Origin: Eledone cirrhosa
Lineage: Eukaryota
NCBI GenBank assembly: GCA_964016885.1
Contig: OZ024740.1
Span: forward strand, 291,958,001-292,022,000
Length of the DNA: 64,000 nucleotides
Reading direction: 5' to 3'
Position numbers and translations under genes: made by a program
Notes under the pieces: model-generated
Seen by the model: only the letters and a program-made list of their open reading frames with translations
What the model was told of the DNA's origin: nothing
Database searches by the model: none
Part shown: piece by piece, positions 13,270-26,772 of the stretch
Layout of the letters: each line of letters starts with the position of its first letter
Position numbering within the stretch: position 1 is the first letter of the stretch

Positions 13270-16200
13270 TATCAGGTAGCTTTTTATCCTCACCAAAACC
13301 AGGATATTTTGATGGTCATAAATATAAAGTGTGTCTCTGGTGAGGGGTGTACCAACCAACCAACATAACCTAGTGGTTAGCAACTTTAGATTTAGAGCTT
13401 GATGAACTCAGAGACAGAAAATAATTTGAAGGAGAAAGACATGGAAGCTGAAAGAATCTTTTGTGGGGATGAATCCAGAGAAGACATGTTTAAAACATAC
13501 TAGAGGAAGGGAGAGGGAATAGAGAACTACAATATAGAGGAAGGGAGAGGGAATAGAGAGGGAATAGAGAACTACAATACAGAGGGAGGGAGAGGGAATA
13601 GAGAACTACAATACAGAGGAAGGGAGAGGGAATAGAGAACTACAATATAGAGGAAGGGAGAGGGAATAGAGAGGGAATAGAGAACTACAATACAGAGGGA
13701 GGGAGAGGGAATAGAGAACTACAATACAGAGGGAGGGAGAGGGAATAGAGAACTACAATAGAGATGGAATAGAGAACTACAATACAGAGGGAGGGAGAGG
13801 GAATAGAGAACTACAATAGAGAGGGAATAGAGAACTACAATACAGAGGGAGGGGGAGGGAATAGAGAACTACAATACAGAGGAAGGAAGAGGGAATAGAG
13901 AACTACAATACAGAGGAAGGAAGAGGGAATAGAGAACTACAATACAGAAGAAGGGAGAGGGAATAGAGAACTACAATAGAGAGGGAATAGAGAACTACAA
14001 TACAGAGGGAGGGGGAGGGAATAGAGAACTACAATACAGAGGAAGGAAGAGGGAATAGAGAACTACAATACAGAGGGAGGGAGAGGGAATAGAGAACTAC
14101 AATACAGAGGAAGGGAGAGGGAATAGAGAACTACAATACAGAGGAAGGGAGAGGGAATAGAGAACTACAATACAGAGGAAGGAAGAGGGAATAGAGAACT
14201 ACAATACAGAGGAAGGAAGAGGGAATAGAGAACTACAATACAGAGGAAGGAAGAGGGAATAGAGAACTACAATACAGAGGAAGGAAGAGGGAATAGAGAA
14301 CTACAATACAGAGGAAGGAAGAGGGAATAGAGAACTACAATACAGAGGAAGGAAGAGGGAATAGAGAACTACAATACAGAGGAAGGAAGAGGGAATAGAG
14401 AACTACAATACAGAGGAAGGAAGAGGGAATAGAGAACTACAATACAGAGGAAGGGAGAGGGAATAGAGAACTACAATACAGAGGAAGGAAGAGGGAATAG
14501 AGAACTACAATACAGAGGAAGGAAGAGGGAATAGAGAACTACAATACAGAGGAAGGGAGAGGGAATAGAGAACTACAATACAGAGGAAGGAAGAGGGAAT
14601 AGAGAACTACAATACAGAGGAAGGAAGAGGGAATAGAGAACTACAATACAGAGGAAGGGAGAGGGAATAGAGAACTACAATACAGAGGAAGGAAGAGGGA
14701 ATAGAGAACTACAATACAGAGGAAGGAAGAGGGAATAGAGAACTACAATACAGAAGAAGGGAGAGGGAATAGAGAACTACAATACAGAGGGAGGGAGAGG
14801 GAATAGAGAACTACAATACAGAGGAAGGGAGAGGGAATAGAGAACTACAATACAGAGGAAGGAAGAGGGAATAGAGAACTACAATACAGAGGAAGGAAGA
14901 GGGAATAGAGAACTACAATACAGAGGGAGGGAGATGGAATAGAGAACTACAATACAGAGGAAGGAAGAGGGAATAGAGAACTACAATACAGAGGGAGGGA
15001 GATGGAATAGAGAACTACAATATAGAGGAAGGGAGAGGGAATAGAGAACTACAATACAGAGGAAGGAAGAGGGAATAGAGAACTACAATACAGAGGAAGG
15101 GAGAGGGAATAGAGAACTACAATACAGAGGAAGGAAGAGGGAATAGAGAACTACAATACAGAGGAAGGAAGAGGGAATAGAGAACTACAATACAGAAGAA
15201 GGGAGAGGGAATAGAGAACTACAATACAGAGGGAGGGAGAGGGAATAGAGAACTACAATACAGAGAAAGGGAGAGGGAATAGAGAACTACAATACAGAGG
15301 AAGGAAGGGGGAATAGAGAACTACAATACAGAAGAAGGGAGAGGAAATAGAGAACTACAATAGAGAGGGAATAGAGAACTACAATACAGAGGGAGGGAGA
15401 GGGAATAGAGAACTACAATACAGAGGGAGGGGGAGGGAATAGAGAACTACAATACAGAGGGAGGGAGAGGGAATAGAGAACTACAATAGAGAGGGAATAG
15501 AGAACTACAATACAGAGGGAGGGAGAGGGAATAGAGAACTACAATACAGAGGGAGGGAGAGGGAATAGAGAACTACAATACAGAGGGAGGGGGAGGGAAT
15601 AGAGAACTACAATACAGAGGGAGGGAGAGGGAATAGAGAACTACAATAGAGAGGGAATAGAGAACTACAATACAGAGGGAGGGGGAGGGAATAGAGAACT
15701 ACAATACAGAGGGAGGGAGAGGGAATAGAGAACTACAATAGAGAGGGAATAGAGAACTACAATACAGAGGGAGGGAGAGGGAATAGAGAACTACAATACA
15801 GAGGGAGGGGGAGGGAATAGAGAACTACAATAGAGAGGGAATAGAGAACTACAATACAGAGGGAGGGAGAGGGAATAGAGAACTACAATACAGAGGGAGG
15901 GAGAGGGAATAGAGAACTACAATACAGAGGGAGGGGGAGGGAATAGAGAACTACAATACAGAGGGAGGGAGAGGGAATAGAGAACTACAATAGAGAGGGA
16001 ATAGAGAACTACAATACAGAGGGAGGGGGAGGGAATAGAGAACTACAATACAGAGGGAGGGAGAGGGAATAGAGAACTACAATAGAGAGGGAATAGAGAA
16101 CTACAATACAGAGGGAGGGAGAGGGAATAGAGAACTACAATACAGAGGGAGGGAGAGGGAATAGAGAACTACAATACAGAGGGAGGGGGAGGGAATAGAG

Positions 16201-18735
16201 AACTACAATACAGAGGGAGGGAGAGGGAATAGAGAACTACAATAGAGAGGGAATAGAGAACTACAATACAGAGGGAGGGGGAGGGAATAGAGAACTACAA
16301 TACAGAGGGAGGGAGAGGGAATAGAGAACTACAATAGAGAGGGAATAGAGAACTACAATACAGAGGGAGGGAGAGGGAATAGAGAACTACAATACAGAGG
16401 GAGGGGGAGGGAATAGAGAACTACAATACAGAAGAAGGGAGAGGAAATAGAGAACTACAATAGAGAGGGAATAGAGAACTACAATACAGAGGGAGGGAGA
16501 GGGAATAGAGAACTACAATACAGAGGGAGGGGGAGGGAATAGAGAACTACAATACAGAGGGAGGGAGAGGGAATAGAGAACTACAATACAGAGGGAGGGG
16601 GAGGGAATAGAGAACTACAATACAGAAGAAGGGAGAGGAAATAGAGAACTACAATAGAGAGGGAATAGAGAACTACAATACAGAGGGAGGGAGAGGGAAT
16701 AGAGAACTACAATACAGAGGGAGGGGGAGGGAATAGAGAACTACAATACAGAAGAAGGGAGAGGAAATAGAGAACTACAATAGAGAGGGAATAGAGAACT
16801 ACAATACAGAGGGAGGGAGAGGGAATAGAGAACTACAATACAGAGGGAGGGGGAGGGAATAGAGAACTACAATACAGAGGGAGGGAGAGGGAATAGAGAA
16901 CTACAATAGAGAGGGAATAGAGAACTACAATACAGAGGGAGGGAGAGGGAATAGAGAACTACAATACAGAGGGAGGGGGAGGGAATAGAGAACTACAATA
17001 CAGAAGAAGGGAGAGGAAATAGAGAACTACAATAGAGAGGGAATAGAGAACTACAATACAGAGGGAGGGAGAGGGAATAGAGAACTACAATACAGAGGGA
17101 GGGGGAGGGAATAGAGAACTACAATACAGAGGGAGGGAGAGGGAATAGAGAACTACAATACAGAGGGAGGGGGAGGGAATAGAGAACTACAATACAGAAG
17201 AAGGGAGAGGAAATAGAGAACTACAATAGAGAGGGAATAGAGAACTACAATACAGAGGGAGGGAGAGGGAATAGAGAACTACAATACAGAGGGAGGGAGA
17301 GGGAATAGAGAACTACAATACAGAAGGGAGAGGAAATAGAGAACTACAATAGAGAGGGAATAGAGAACTACAATACAGAGGGAAGGAGAGGGAATAGAGA
17401 ACTACAATACAGAGGGAGGGGGAGGGAATAGAGAACTACAATACAGAGGGAGGGAGAGGGAATAGAGAACTACAATACAGAGGGAGGGAGAGGGAATAGA
17501 GAACTACAATAGAGATGGAATAGAGAACTACAATACAGAGGGAGGGAGAGGGAATAGAGAACTACAATACAGAGGAAGGAAGAGGGAATAGAGAACTACA
17601 ATACAGAGGAAGGAAGAGGGAATAGAGAACTACAATACAGAGGAAGGAAGAGGGAATAGAGAACTACAATACAGAGGAAGGGAGAGGGAATAGAGAACTA
17701 CAATACAGAGGAAGGAAGAGGGAATAGAGAACTACAATACAGAGGAAGGGAGAGGGAATAGAGAACTACAATACAGAGGAAGGGAGAGGGAATAGAGAAC
17801 TACAATACAGAGGAAGGAAGGGGGAATAGAGAACTACAATACAGAAGAAGGGAGAGGAAATAGAGAACTACAATAGAGAGGGAATAGAGAACTACAATAC
17901 AGAGGGAGGGAGAGGGAATAGAGAACTACAATACAGAGGGAGGGGGAGGGAATAGAGAACTACAATACAGAAGAAGGGAGAGGAAATAGAGAACTACAAT
18001 AGAGAGGGAATAGAGAACTACAATACAGAGGAAGGAAGAGGGAATAGAGAACTACAATACAGAGGAAGGAAGAGGGAATAGAGAACTACAATACAGAGGA
18101 AGGAAGAGGGAATAGAGAACTACAATACAGAGGAAGGAAGAGGGAATAGAGAACTACAATACAGAGGAAGGGAGAGGGAATAGAGAACTACAATACAGAA
18201 GAAGGGAGAGGGAATAGAGAACTACAATACAGAGGGAGGGAGAGGGAATAGAGAACTACAATACAGAGGAAGGGAGAGGGAATAGAGAACTACAATACAG
18301 AGGAAGGAAGGGGGAATAGAGAACTACAATACAGAAGAAGGGAGAGGAAATAGAGAACTACAATAGAGAGGGAATAGAGAACTACAATACAGAGGGAGGG
18401 AGAGGGAATAGAGAACTACAATACAGAGGGAGGGGGAGGGAATAGAGAACTACAATACAGAGGGAGGGAGAGGGAATAGAGAACTACAATAGAGAGGAAA
18501 AGTTGGGGTTGCTGCAAAACAACTTGTTGAATGTTACAGACTAGGAAGAGAATATGTAACATGGTGGAAGGGAATAGTTGGGTAGATGAGCTGATTAAAG
18601 CTGAGAAACAGACATGGATGGCATAGAGAAATGGTGGAAGCAAGGAACTAAAAAAAAAAGAGAGGAGAGAAGCTAGGTGCCAGCTACACTTAGCTAGAAA
18701 TGACACTGAAAGATAGAAGTTTGTACATGTTCTTG
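13270..18735 (+). mobile_element. Old RTE LINE fragment (endonuclease-RT linker) split by an internal minisatellite expansion
   Basis: 13270-13500 aligns by eye to ~7580-7810 and 18495-18735 to ~7850-8105 of the longer LINE copy. Confidence 0.8.
13502..18497 (+). repeat. ~5-kb purine-rich minisatellite, 34-bp unit GAGGGAATAGAGAACTACAATACAGAGGRAGGRA with 24-bp variants
   Basis: Directly visible tandem array, roughly 150 units by length, with recurring variant blocks. Confidence 0.98.
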
Positions 18736-19399
18736 GTCTGGTCCCATCCTCGTTGCTGAGGGCCCAGGACTATGGATATTGCACCAATGCTCATCTGTAT
18801 GTCCATGATTCTCATCAGGAAAAAAGTGACGTTGGTGGGTCTCAAATCCTCACTCATCTGCCTTCATTAAGGAGCCTCAGCTATTCCGGCTTTGAAATTA
18901 GAGTGATCTTTCTCCTATGATCACTTAGGATGATGTGATGAAGGCAACCTCATGAAGCTGAACCTCATAAAGGAGATGACACTGGATTAAGTTAACACAC
19001 AAGAAGCTGTACTATAGCAGATTCACCCCTTTCACACGAGTGGGATGAAATAAGCATGGGGTGTGAAGAAATAAAGAAATGTAACAACATTTAGATCTCC
19101 CCCTGCATATATACTCATTCAACTACCTCTTGACCTCCCTCACCTGCCTTCCCCTACCTTAGTCTCTCTCCTTTATTATCTAAATCACCCCACCTTAGTC
19201 TTCTCTAGCCACACATCTTTGATTCACCCCACAATAAACTGCCAGACGTCACTCGCTCTCTTCAAGCCACTTCCATGACCTAACAATTACTCATCCCTAC
19301 CCCCTTCAATGTGTTAACAGTAAGGAACACATAACTTGACTCCCCTCCCCCACTTACTTCCTTGCTTTCCCAGTCTGGCTGAGAACACAACAGCTGCCA

Positions 19400-19710
19400 C
19401 ATAAAATGCACTTAGCCCACTCTGTAAAGTAGTAGTACAGGTGCCACAATAAAATACACTCAGCCCATTCTGTAAAGTGGTAGTGCTGGTTACATAAAAT
19501 ACACTCAGCCGACTCTGTAAAGTTGTAGTGCTGGTGCCACAATAAAATACACCCAACCTAGTTTGGAAAGTGGTAGTGCTGGTGTGTGATAAAAAGCACC
19601 CAGTCCACACTGTAAGGTGGTAATGCTGGTGCCTTGATAACATGCTTCCAGTACATGCTGTAAAATGGTTGGCATTAGGAAAGGCATTCAGGTATGGAAA
19701 CCATGCCAGA
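19400..19710 (+). repeat. ~42-bp tandem subrepeats derived from the RTE 3' UTR
   Basis: AAAAAGCACCCAGYCCACACTGTAAAGTGG-like units also at ~10020-10130, 21450-21640, 22010-22160, 32930-33070 and 61200-61340. Confidence 0.7.
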
Positions 19711-20439
19711 ATAGAGTGTATGAGCGAGATGCAGTCATATGACTTGTCTATATTCTTGCTTTGTCCTGTAACATAGAAGTTCGGCAAATTGAGATCAATA
19801 ACTTAAATAATCGATTAAAATAAGTACTGGGTTCAATATGATCAGGGAACATTGTCCCAGTATAATCTCAGTCCAATCAAATGACTGAAACTAAACCTGA
19901 AAGATCTAATTAATTTTTATTGTTACTAGAAATTTTTTCAACATGCTGACGCATATGTATATATGTTTGTACATGTGTGTGTATGCATATGCGTACATTT
20001 ATATGTATGAGTATATAAATATAAATGCACAAACACCGGTCCACTTACAAAAATACGCACTCACTCACAGACATACATTCACACAAATACACATACATTC
20101 ACATAAACACACATATGCATTCACACAAACACACATACACTCATACACAGCATAGCAAATGAAACACCAACTACTGTTTTGCTATAGTTTTTTTTACCAT
20201 CCCCATCCTTTCTTTTACAAACACACATTGTATGACAGACAGAAGTCTCAAATTTATATATAGATAGTTCATTTGCTTTGTTGATTGTATGTTTATGGAA
20301 CTAAAACATTAACCCACCTTGCCACCTTTAACATTAATGCATGGAACTAAAACATCAGCACACCTTATCACCCTTAAACATGAACAGCACGCAGTTAAAG
20401 CTAGAACAGTAGCTATAAGAAATAACTACAGCTCTTAAC

Positions 20440-20700
20440 TTCTGATCCTTTACCAAGCTCAGGTAAGACCTAGAATGGAATATTACTCCCATATCTGGGA
20501 TGATACTGCTGTAACACACAAACTTTCTTGACCACATCCAAAAAACAGTCACTCGTTTGACTGGCACACAGATGTTTTGTCACCTCTCACTACTTTTTCT
20601 ACTGCTACTACAATGGCTTCTACTCCTTGGAGCTAGCTGATCTCATGTAACCTTACAGCTATTTCTACTTCACTCATCTCTCCTCTTCTTATCACCTTCC
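20440..20700 (+). mobile_element. CR1/L2-group LINE RT C-terminal fragment
   Basis: YQAQVRPRMEYYSHIW motif. Confidence 0.6.
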
Positions 20701-21002
20701 ATTTATATTACATATATATATTGTATTAAATTATTTATTTATTCATACATGGAACAAAAGCACTACCTAAAGTTTCAAAGCCAAATATTGACCATATCTC
20801 CCTATAGTGCTTTTGTTCCATGAGTGAACATGAATAAATAATATAAGATATCAATTCTCTTACCTGATTGAGTATTGTTTTCCTTTTTCCTGTTTCACAC
20901 CTACAGATTATTTACTTCACACATATATATGTATGTGTGCATGTATATCAATTGCCTTGTTATAAATTAAGAAATATTTTTACTCTTTTTAAATTTTGAA
21001 AG

Positions 21003-21134
21003 GATATGGCATAGAGTGCCATGTGTGCAACTCATTGTATAATGACGACTGTGAACAAGGCCTATCTAATAGCACCGCTCATTTGGTGAATTGTTCCAGT
21101 GAATATGTGGGATGTAGAAAAGTAGTGCAGAAAA
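21003..21134 (+). CDS. Ly6/uPAR three-finger protein gene 1, internal coding exon (N-terminal half of LU domain)
   Basis: T-rich tract + AG acceptor (21001-21002), GTAAGT donor at 21135, phase 1/1. Translates GYGIECHVCNSLYNDDCEQGLSNSTAHLVNCSSEYVGCRKVVQK, with the CxxC...C...C...CRK pattern of invertebrate Ly6 (quiver/crooked-like) proteins. Signal-peptide exon not found in the window. Confidence 0.88.
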
Positions 21135-21744
21135 GTAAGTATTCATATTTTATAATTGACAGTCATAATACTTTCTACTATAATAATAGCCAATGTGTGT
21201 TTATTTATATATTTACTTGTCCGTCATGCACTGTAAGGGAAATAGATGTATACATCCATTTTCCATGCTAGTATGGTCACGATGTGCTGTCCCATTGTGA
21301 GACATCCAGGTTGGAGAACTGTGTTTTACTCACACAGAACTAATTTTGGCTTGATTTCTATTGCTGGATACCCTTCTTAATGCCAACCACATTTACAGTG
21401 TGTACTTGGTGCTTTATGTCATGATATCTACATGTACAGTTTGGGCTGGACTCTTTTTATTGTGACTCCCACACGACCACTTTACAGTGTGGGCTGGGCA
21501 CTTTTTGTTGTGTTGCCAACATGACGACTTTGCAGTGAGGGCTGGGTGCTTTTTGTCGTGACACCTACATGACTACTTTACAGTCTGAACTGGGCATTTA
21601 TTGTCATGGCTCCAGGATGACCACTTTATGGTGTGGATTGGGGAATTGGATAGTTGGGGAGATGATTGGGAATTGGGAAGTTAGGTATAGGGGTGAGGTG
21701 ATTTCAGCGAGCAAGGTGTATGGGAAGGAAGATGGTGCATACTA

Positions 21745-22000
21745 GATGTATGCCTCACCTCCTGCATATGGGAGGACGGGTCTTCTGTATTACTGTATAG
21801 CACCAGAGATCACGGTTGTGTCATTGCCTTTGAGCGGTGCAATTCTGCACTCCATAGCTTTTGTCAACTTTGAGCTCTCTGCACCTTTTATACAGCTGTC
21901 ATCCTTCATACGCATCATATGTCCATACCAACACAATCTACTCTACTGCACACTGCGCCTGATCCCCCTAAGGCCTAATTTCTCTTGTAGTTCATTTATC
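21745..22000 (-). mobile_element. RTE LINE 3' fragment in Ly6 gene 1 intron
   Basis: Antisense homology to the RTE C-terminus (ELQEKLGLRGIRRSV...LCWYGHMMRMKDDSCIK). Confidence 0.8.
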
Positions 22001-22242
22001 CGCTAATCTCTCTTGTGGACTGGGTGCTTTTTATCATAGCACCAAAACAATCACTTTACAGTGTGAACTGGGTGCTTTTTGTTGTGGCACTAACACAACC
22101 ACTTTACAGTGTGGACTGGGTGCTTTTATCGTGGCACTAAAATGACTACTTTACATTTTTGACTGGCGGCTGGGGCGAGGGGTGTAAGAGGTGCATACTG
22201 GATGTATGCTTCAACCCGTGCACATGGGGAGGTAGATCTTCA

Positions 22243-22690
22243 ATAATAATAATGATAATAATGAAATTATTGTGTAAAGTGCTCAGGTGCACTACAACTC
22301 ATCAAAGGTGCATGTATAGTACATAGAATAATATACAAATGTCACAGGGAAGTGAATAGTGTATGAGTCATGATATACATGTGTGTATGTGTATGGAGGG
22401 GGAACATTAGGTGTAGAGTTGGCGAATCTCGGGAAGCATGGAGGTTTTAAAGGATGCAGTGTCTCGACAGCTAACAACTGATGCAGGTAGTTTGTTCCAT
22501 GCTTCAGCAACTCTGAGTGTGAAAAAATGTTTCCGAAAGTCATGGGAACTGTGCAGTTTTCTGACTTTGTGGGCATGCCCACGTGTGTTAGACATGAAAA
22601 AGGTACTCAGGGTTGTTGTTGGCCAGATGGTTAACAATTTTGTGGGTGTTTACCAAGTCAGTTGCCAGGTGACGGAGCTTCAATGTATCC
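22243..22690 (-). mobile_element. CR1-clade LINE 3' end in Ly6 gene 1 intron
   Basis: NTRGHAHKVRK...RKHFFTLRVAEAWNKLPASVV...FK C-terminal motif with (ATT)n tail; a 3' tip copy at ~29360-29435. Confidence 0.85.
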
Positions 22691-22852
22691 ATGGCCAGAG
22701 AAGCATGCATGACGCCAGAGGTCTCAGTCCTGTGTCATTGCGCAATATGTAAACTTAATCTCAGTTTTTTTCCCTCTAACTTCTTTTCCATTTCATATTT
22801 TATTACAAAACTTTAAATTACTTTATCAAAATACTTTTTATATATTTTTCAG

Positions 22853-23073
22853 TAAAAGTTAAGGAAGAATGGGAAATACGATATATTAGACAATGTGCAG
22901 AACATGGTGATGTGTCTGAAGAATGCAAATATAAAATTGGCACTGATGATATAAAAATGTATTATTGTTATTGCAAAAACAAAAATGGCTGCAACAGTGG
23001 ATCAAGCTTGTACAGCAGTATTTTCCTTATATTTATCGCTGTCATTGGACTGTTCCTAAACTATGAACATTAA
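22853..23073 (+). CDS. Ly6/uPAR gene 1, last coding exon (C-terminal LU domain + GPI-anchor signal)
   Basis: TTTTTCAG acceptor, in frame with the previous exon. Translates (I)KVKEEWEIRYIRQCAEHGDVSEECKYKIGTDDIKMYYCYCKNKNGCNSGSSLYSSIFLIFIAVIGLFLNYEH*. The two exons give 10 Cys, a terminal CxC...GCN motif and a hydrophobic tail. Confidence 0.9.
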
Positions 23074-23194
23074 CATTATTCAAACTTTAAATGTATATTT
23101 TTACTTTTTAACAAAAAGTTTCAGTTAATTTTTAGAATTTTTTCTTTTGTTTTTATAAAAGATGTTTATTTATTTATAACATTATTTCATTTGA

Positions 23195-23357
23195 TTAAAT
23201 GGCCTTTCTTTTCCTACAAGCCTAATATGAACTTAAACCAGGCATTAAATGTCGTCTTTTCCTACAAGCCTAATATAACAGCTGAAATTAAATCAGGTAT
23301 TAAATGTCCTGTCTTTTCCTATAAGTCTAATATAACAGCTTAACTTAAACCAGGCAA
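23195..23357 (+). repeat. Three-copy ~50-60-bp tandem repeat in putative 3' UTR of Ly6 gene 1
   Basis: TTAAATG..CTTTTCCTAYAAGYCTAATAT..TTAAAYCAGGYA repeated three times. Confidence 0.8.
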
Positions 23358-23634
23358 CACTAATTTTCCAAACTATTCCTGTCTTATATTTCTTCTTTGT
23401 TATAATTTATATTTTAAAAAAATTGTGATCTATTTATGATCCATTGCCTTAAATAAGTATTGTAAAAATGATATTTTGCTCACATTTTGATGGATTTTTA
23501 AAACAGAATTTCAATTTGTTCCTTAAAATTGTTTTTAATTAGAATACTGAACATTTGAGAGTTTATTTGAAAGTTTAATTAGAAATATAATTTACTTAGT
23601 ATTATAGTCATACAATATACAGTATTGTTTTTGT

Positions 23635-23880
23635 GAAGGTGCTCAGGCTAATGGTTAGAGTGTTCAAGATTGTAAGGTCATGGGTTTGATACCCAGACTG
23701 GAGGGCATGTTGTGTCCTTGGGAAAGGTACTTCATTTCATGTTGCCTCAGTCCAATCAGCTGAAAAATGTATAAGTAATAATAGCTGGGGATTATTACAA
23801 TGGATTGTCTTGCACTCTCCATTGCCAAATACTGCACAAATCTCTGTCCTGATGAGTCTCTAGGCTTGTGACTGAACTAT
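23635..23880 (+). mobile_element. Second tRNA-derived SINE family, degraded, downstream of Ly6 gene 1 stop
   Basis: TGGTTAGAGTG...GGTTTGATACCC head and GTTGTGTCCTTGGG core. Confidence 0.55.
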
Positions 23881-26222
23881 TTCAGTCAATTTCACTTAAA
23901 GATATGTTACAGTTTTTAAAATATCAAAATTTCTTTGTACCTTTTATTATGAGTAGGGTATAAAGTGCTTTAAAAAAAATCAAATATATTTCATGTTAAA
24001 ATCTCTTTATGTGTACTAACCTTTCAATGAAGTTGAAAGGTTAACAGTGTAAAGGTAGCTTAACTGGATATTTTTGTCAAACTTTATACATTGACATTTT
24101 CAGTGTAGATGTCACTAACATTTAATTGAATAATAAAGAAATAAAGTTATCTGATTATTTATAGTTGGCTGTTGATATAATCTTATAGACTGCTGACCTA
24201 TAATAAAAATGGTGCTAAATTGCTACAATTGATTTTTTTGAGGCGTATCTAACTTGATACTAAACCATTCTTCATTTAGTCATTGTTTACAGGAACAAAC
24301 AAGGCATCTTCAATTCCATTCTTTTGACACAATCATTAGAATTGCATTTATTTAATTAAAAAAAAACAACTCTGTTTAAAATATAAAATTTCTATATTTT
24401 AAATAAATTTATATATATTTTTTATCATTATGATTTTCATATATTCTAAGATAATAGTTCAGTTCAAATAAATATGCTGGGGTGGGTTGTAGTTTGCTTT
24501 AAGTATTGTGGAAAGTATATAAAATTTTTTTTTAGAGGGTTACAGCAATACCAATAGGACATTAAATGTTAAAATAATAATTGTTTCTACTTTTGGCACA
24601 AGGCCAGCGATTACCCCAGTGTATTACTGGTACTTTATTTTATCGACCCCGTAAGGATGAAAGGCAAAGTTAACCTCGGCGGGATTTAAACTCAGAATGG
24701 CAAGGGCCGTAACTGAATGCGTAAAAGCATGGCATCTGATTCTTTACCGATACTGCCAATCCACCAAATGATAATAAAGTTGTTGGAATGTTACCTTGGA
24801 GATGTTTAATAACCTTTAATATTTTAGGATAAAATTCAGTTGTCAAAAGGAAAATAAGTTGGAGCAGAACACATTGTATTATTCTTATCCTGGCATTTTA
24901 AAAAACATCACTTTCAGAATAAAAAATGCCAGCATAAAAAACAATACAAGGTATCCCGTTCCAGTTTATTTTTCTTTACGCTGCCTTTGAAGAAGAGGTT
25001 TTATCCTGAAATATTACGAATTAATTAAACACCTTCAAGGTAACATTCCAGCAACCTTATTATCTTTATTTTATGGACTGGATTGGATTGGATTGGCAGC
25101 AAAGAGTTACGGCTCTTTATGATCTGAGTTCAAATCCCGCCGAGGTTAACTTTACCTTTCATCCTTACGGGGTCGATAAAATAAAGTACCAGTAATGCAC
25201 TTGTAATTGCTGGCCTTGTGCCAAAAGTAGAAACAATTATTTTATGGACTCGATTCAAATCCCGCCGGGGTCAACTTTGCCTTTCATCCTTACAGGGTTG
25301 ATAAAATAAAGCACCAGTAATTCACTAGGGGTAATTGCTGGCCTTGTGCCAAAAGTAGAAACAATTATTTTAACATTTAATATCCTATTTTGCTGTAGCC
25401 CTCCAAAAACCAAACAAACCAAAAAAAAAAAACCCACCATTTTCTAAATATATTCATAAAATTACAAATATATTGATGGTGGAGTGAGGTGAGGAATTGA
25501 ATCAACTTCTTTTTTATGTAGATTAGATTTTTAAAAAGTTAATGCACAACAATTCTGTTTTATTAAATTTAGGGTGATACCAAAAGTGGATAGATCACCA
25601 CATTAAATCTGTTGTAGTATTTGGTTTTGTCTGTCTGTGTTCTGGTGTTGACTTTGTATGTTGTTCATTCTTCTGGTGAGAGAAATCACGAACATTATAT
25701 TGGCATTGATTAAATCAGGTATTCAATTTTTTTAGAAAAAAACAAAATTGATCTTAGGCTTACTCAACAGAATATATTGTTCCTGTGTTTATTATAAAGA
25801 AATAAGAAGAGCAGTGACCAATGTTTATACAATATAAAATGGACAAGGTAATGAATATTTGACTGAGGAAGAATTAAAAATATTTTCGTGTTGCCACACC
25901 AAACAAAGCAGAACAAAAAATAAAACAAAAATCTTTTGTGTATGAAAGTTAGTTTAGTATGATTATAACTGTGTATCTTTTTTAATTTGTTTATTACTTG
26001 AAGTTCCAAATGTAGTTTGTGATTATTATGTCTACATTAAAGTAATTTAAACGATAATGGTCTTAATGTTGGTTTATAACAAATAGTAATACTTCTATTT
26101 TCAACTGACACCTCATAATAATTATAGATTTTCTTTAACTATAATAGTTTTAATGTGTGTGTCACTAATGATGCATGCATCTATGTATATAAGCAGTAGC
26201 TCATGCAGCGATCATCAGTTAA

Positions 26223-26430
26223 CCCTTTAGCATTTAAACTGGCCGTATCCAGCCAGAATTCTTTCACCTCTTTTTGTTCAAACCAGCCATAACTGAGTGC
26301 TCATACTTATGTGAAGGTATTGTTCTCAACATAAATAATATCAAAATCTTGTAGATTTTATATTATGTGAGGTAAAATGTTTACTGTGAAAATATAATAG
26401 TAAATATAGAGTAATGTAAATACTAAAGGG
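26223..26430. mobile_element. piggyBac-type MITE
   Basis: TTAA|CCCTTTAGCATTTA ... TAAATACTAAAGGG|TTAA with TTAA target-site duplication. Confidence 0.78.
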
Positions 26431-26772
26431 TTAAATTAGATGACCTCGACACCATGAACACAAATGGCTTCGCAGATGATTGACTATTAATTTGACAATG
26501 GGTTGGTAAAACTGCTCCAGTTAGCAGAGAAATCTATGAGTATGCCAGTGTGGTGAGCCACATATATTCTAGCCATTAGAAAAAGCAAATGCTTCACCTT
26601 TGAAAGAGAAATGACTACAAAAGAAGAAGATATGTAGGATCTTGAAGTAGATGCCATATGGTGAGCTCACATGTAGAAAGTGCCTTCATCACAAATCACG
26701 TACACATATACATCTATACAAACACACACCCACATGTATATTTGTTTGTATGTATGTATGTGTGTTATTCAT

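Noticed and set aside
13502-18497. CRISPR-like array (constant repeat with variable purine segment)
   Set aside because: The variable parts are near-identical ~10-bp variants, not unique spacers; no cas genes; eukaryotic context.
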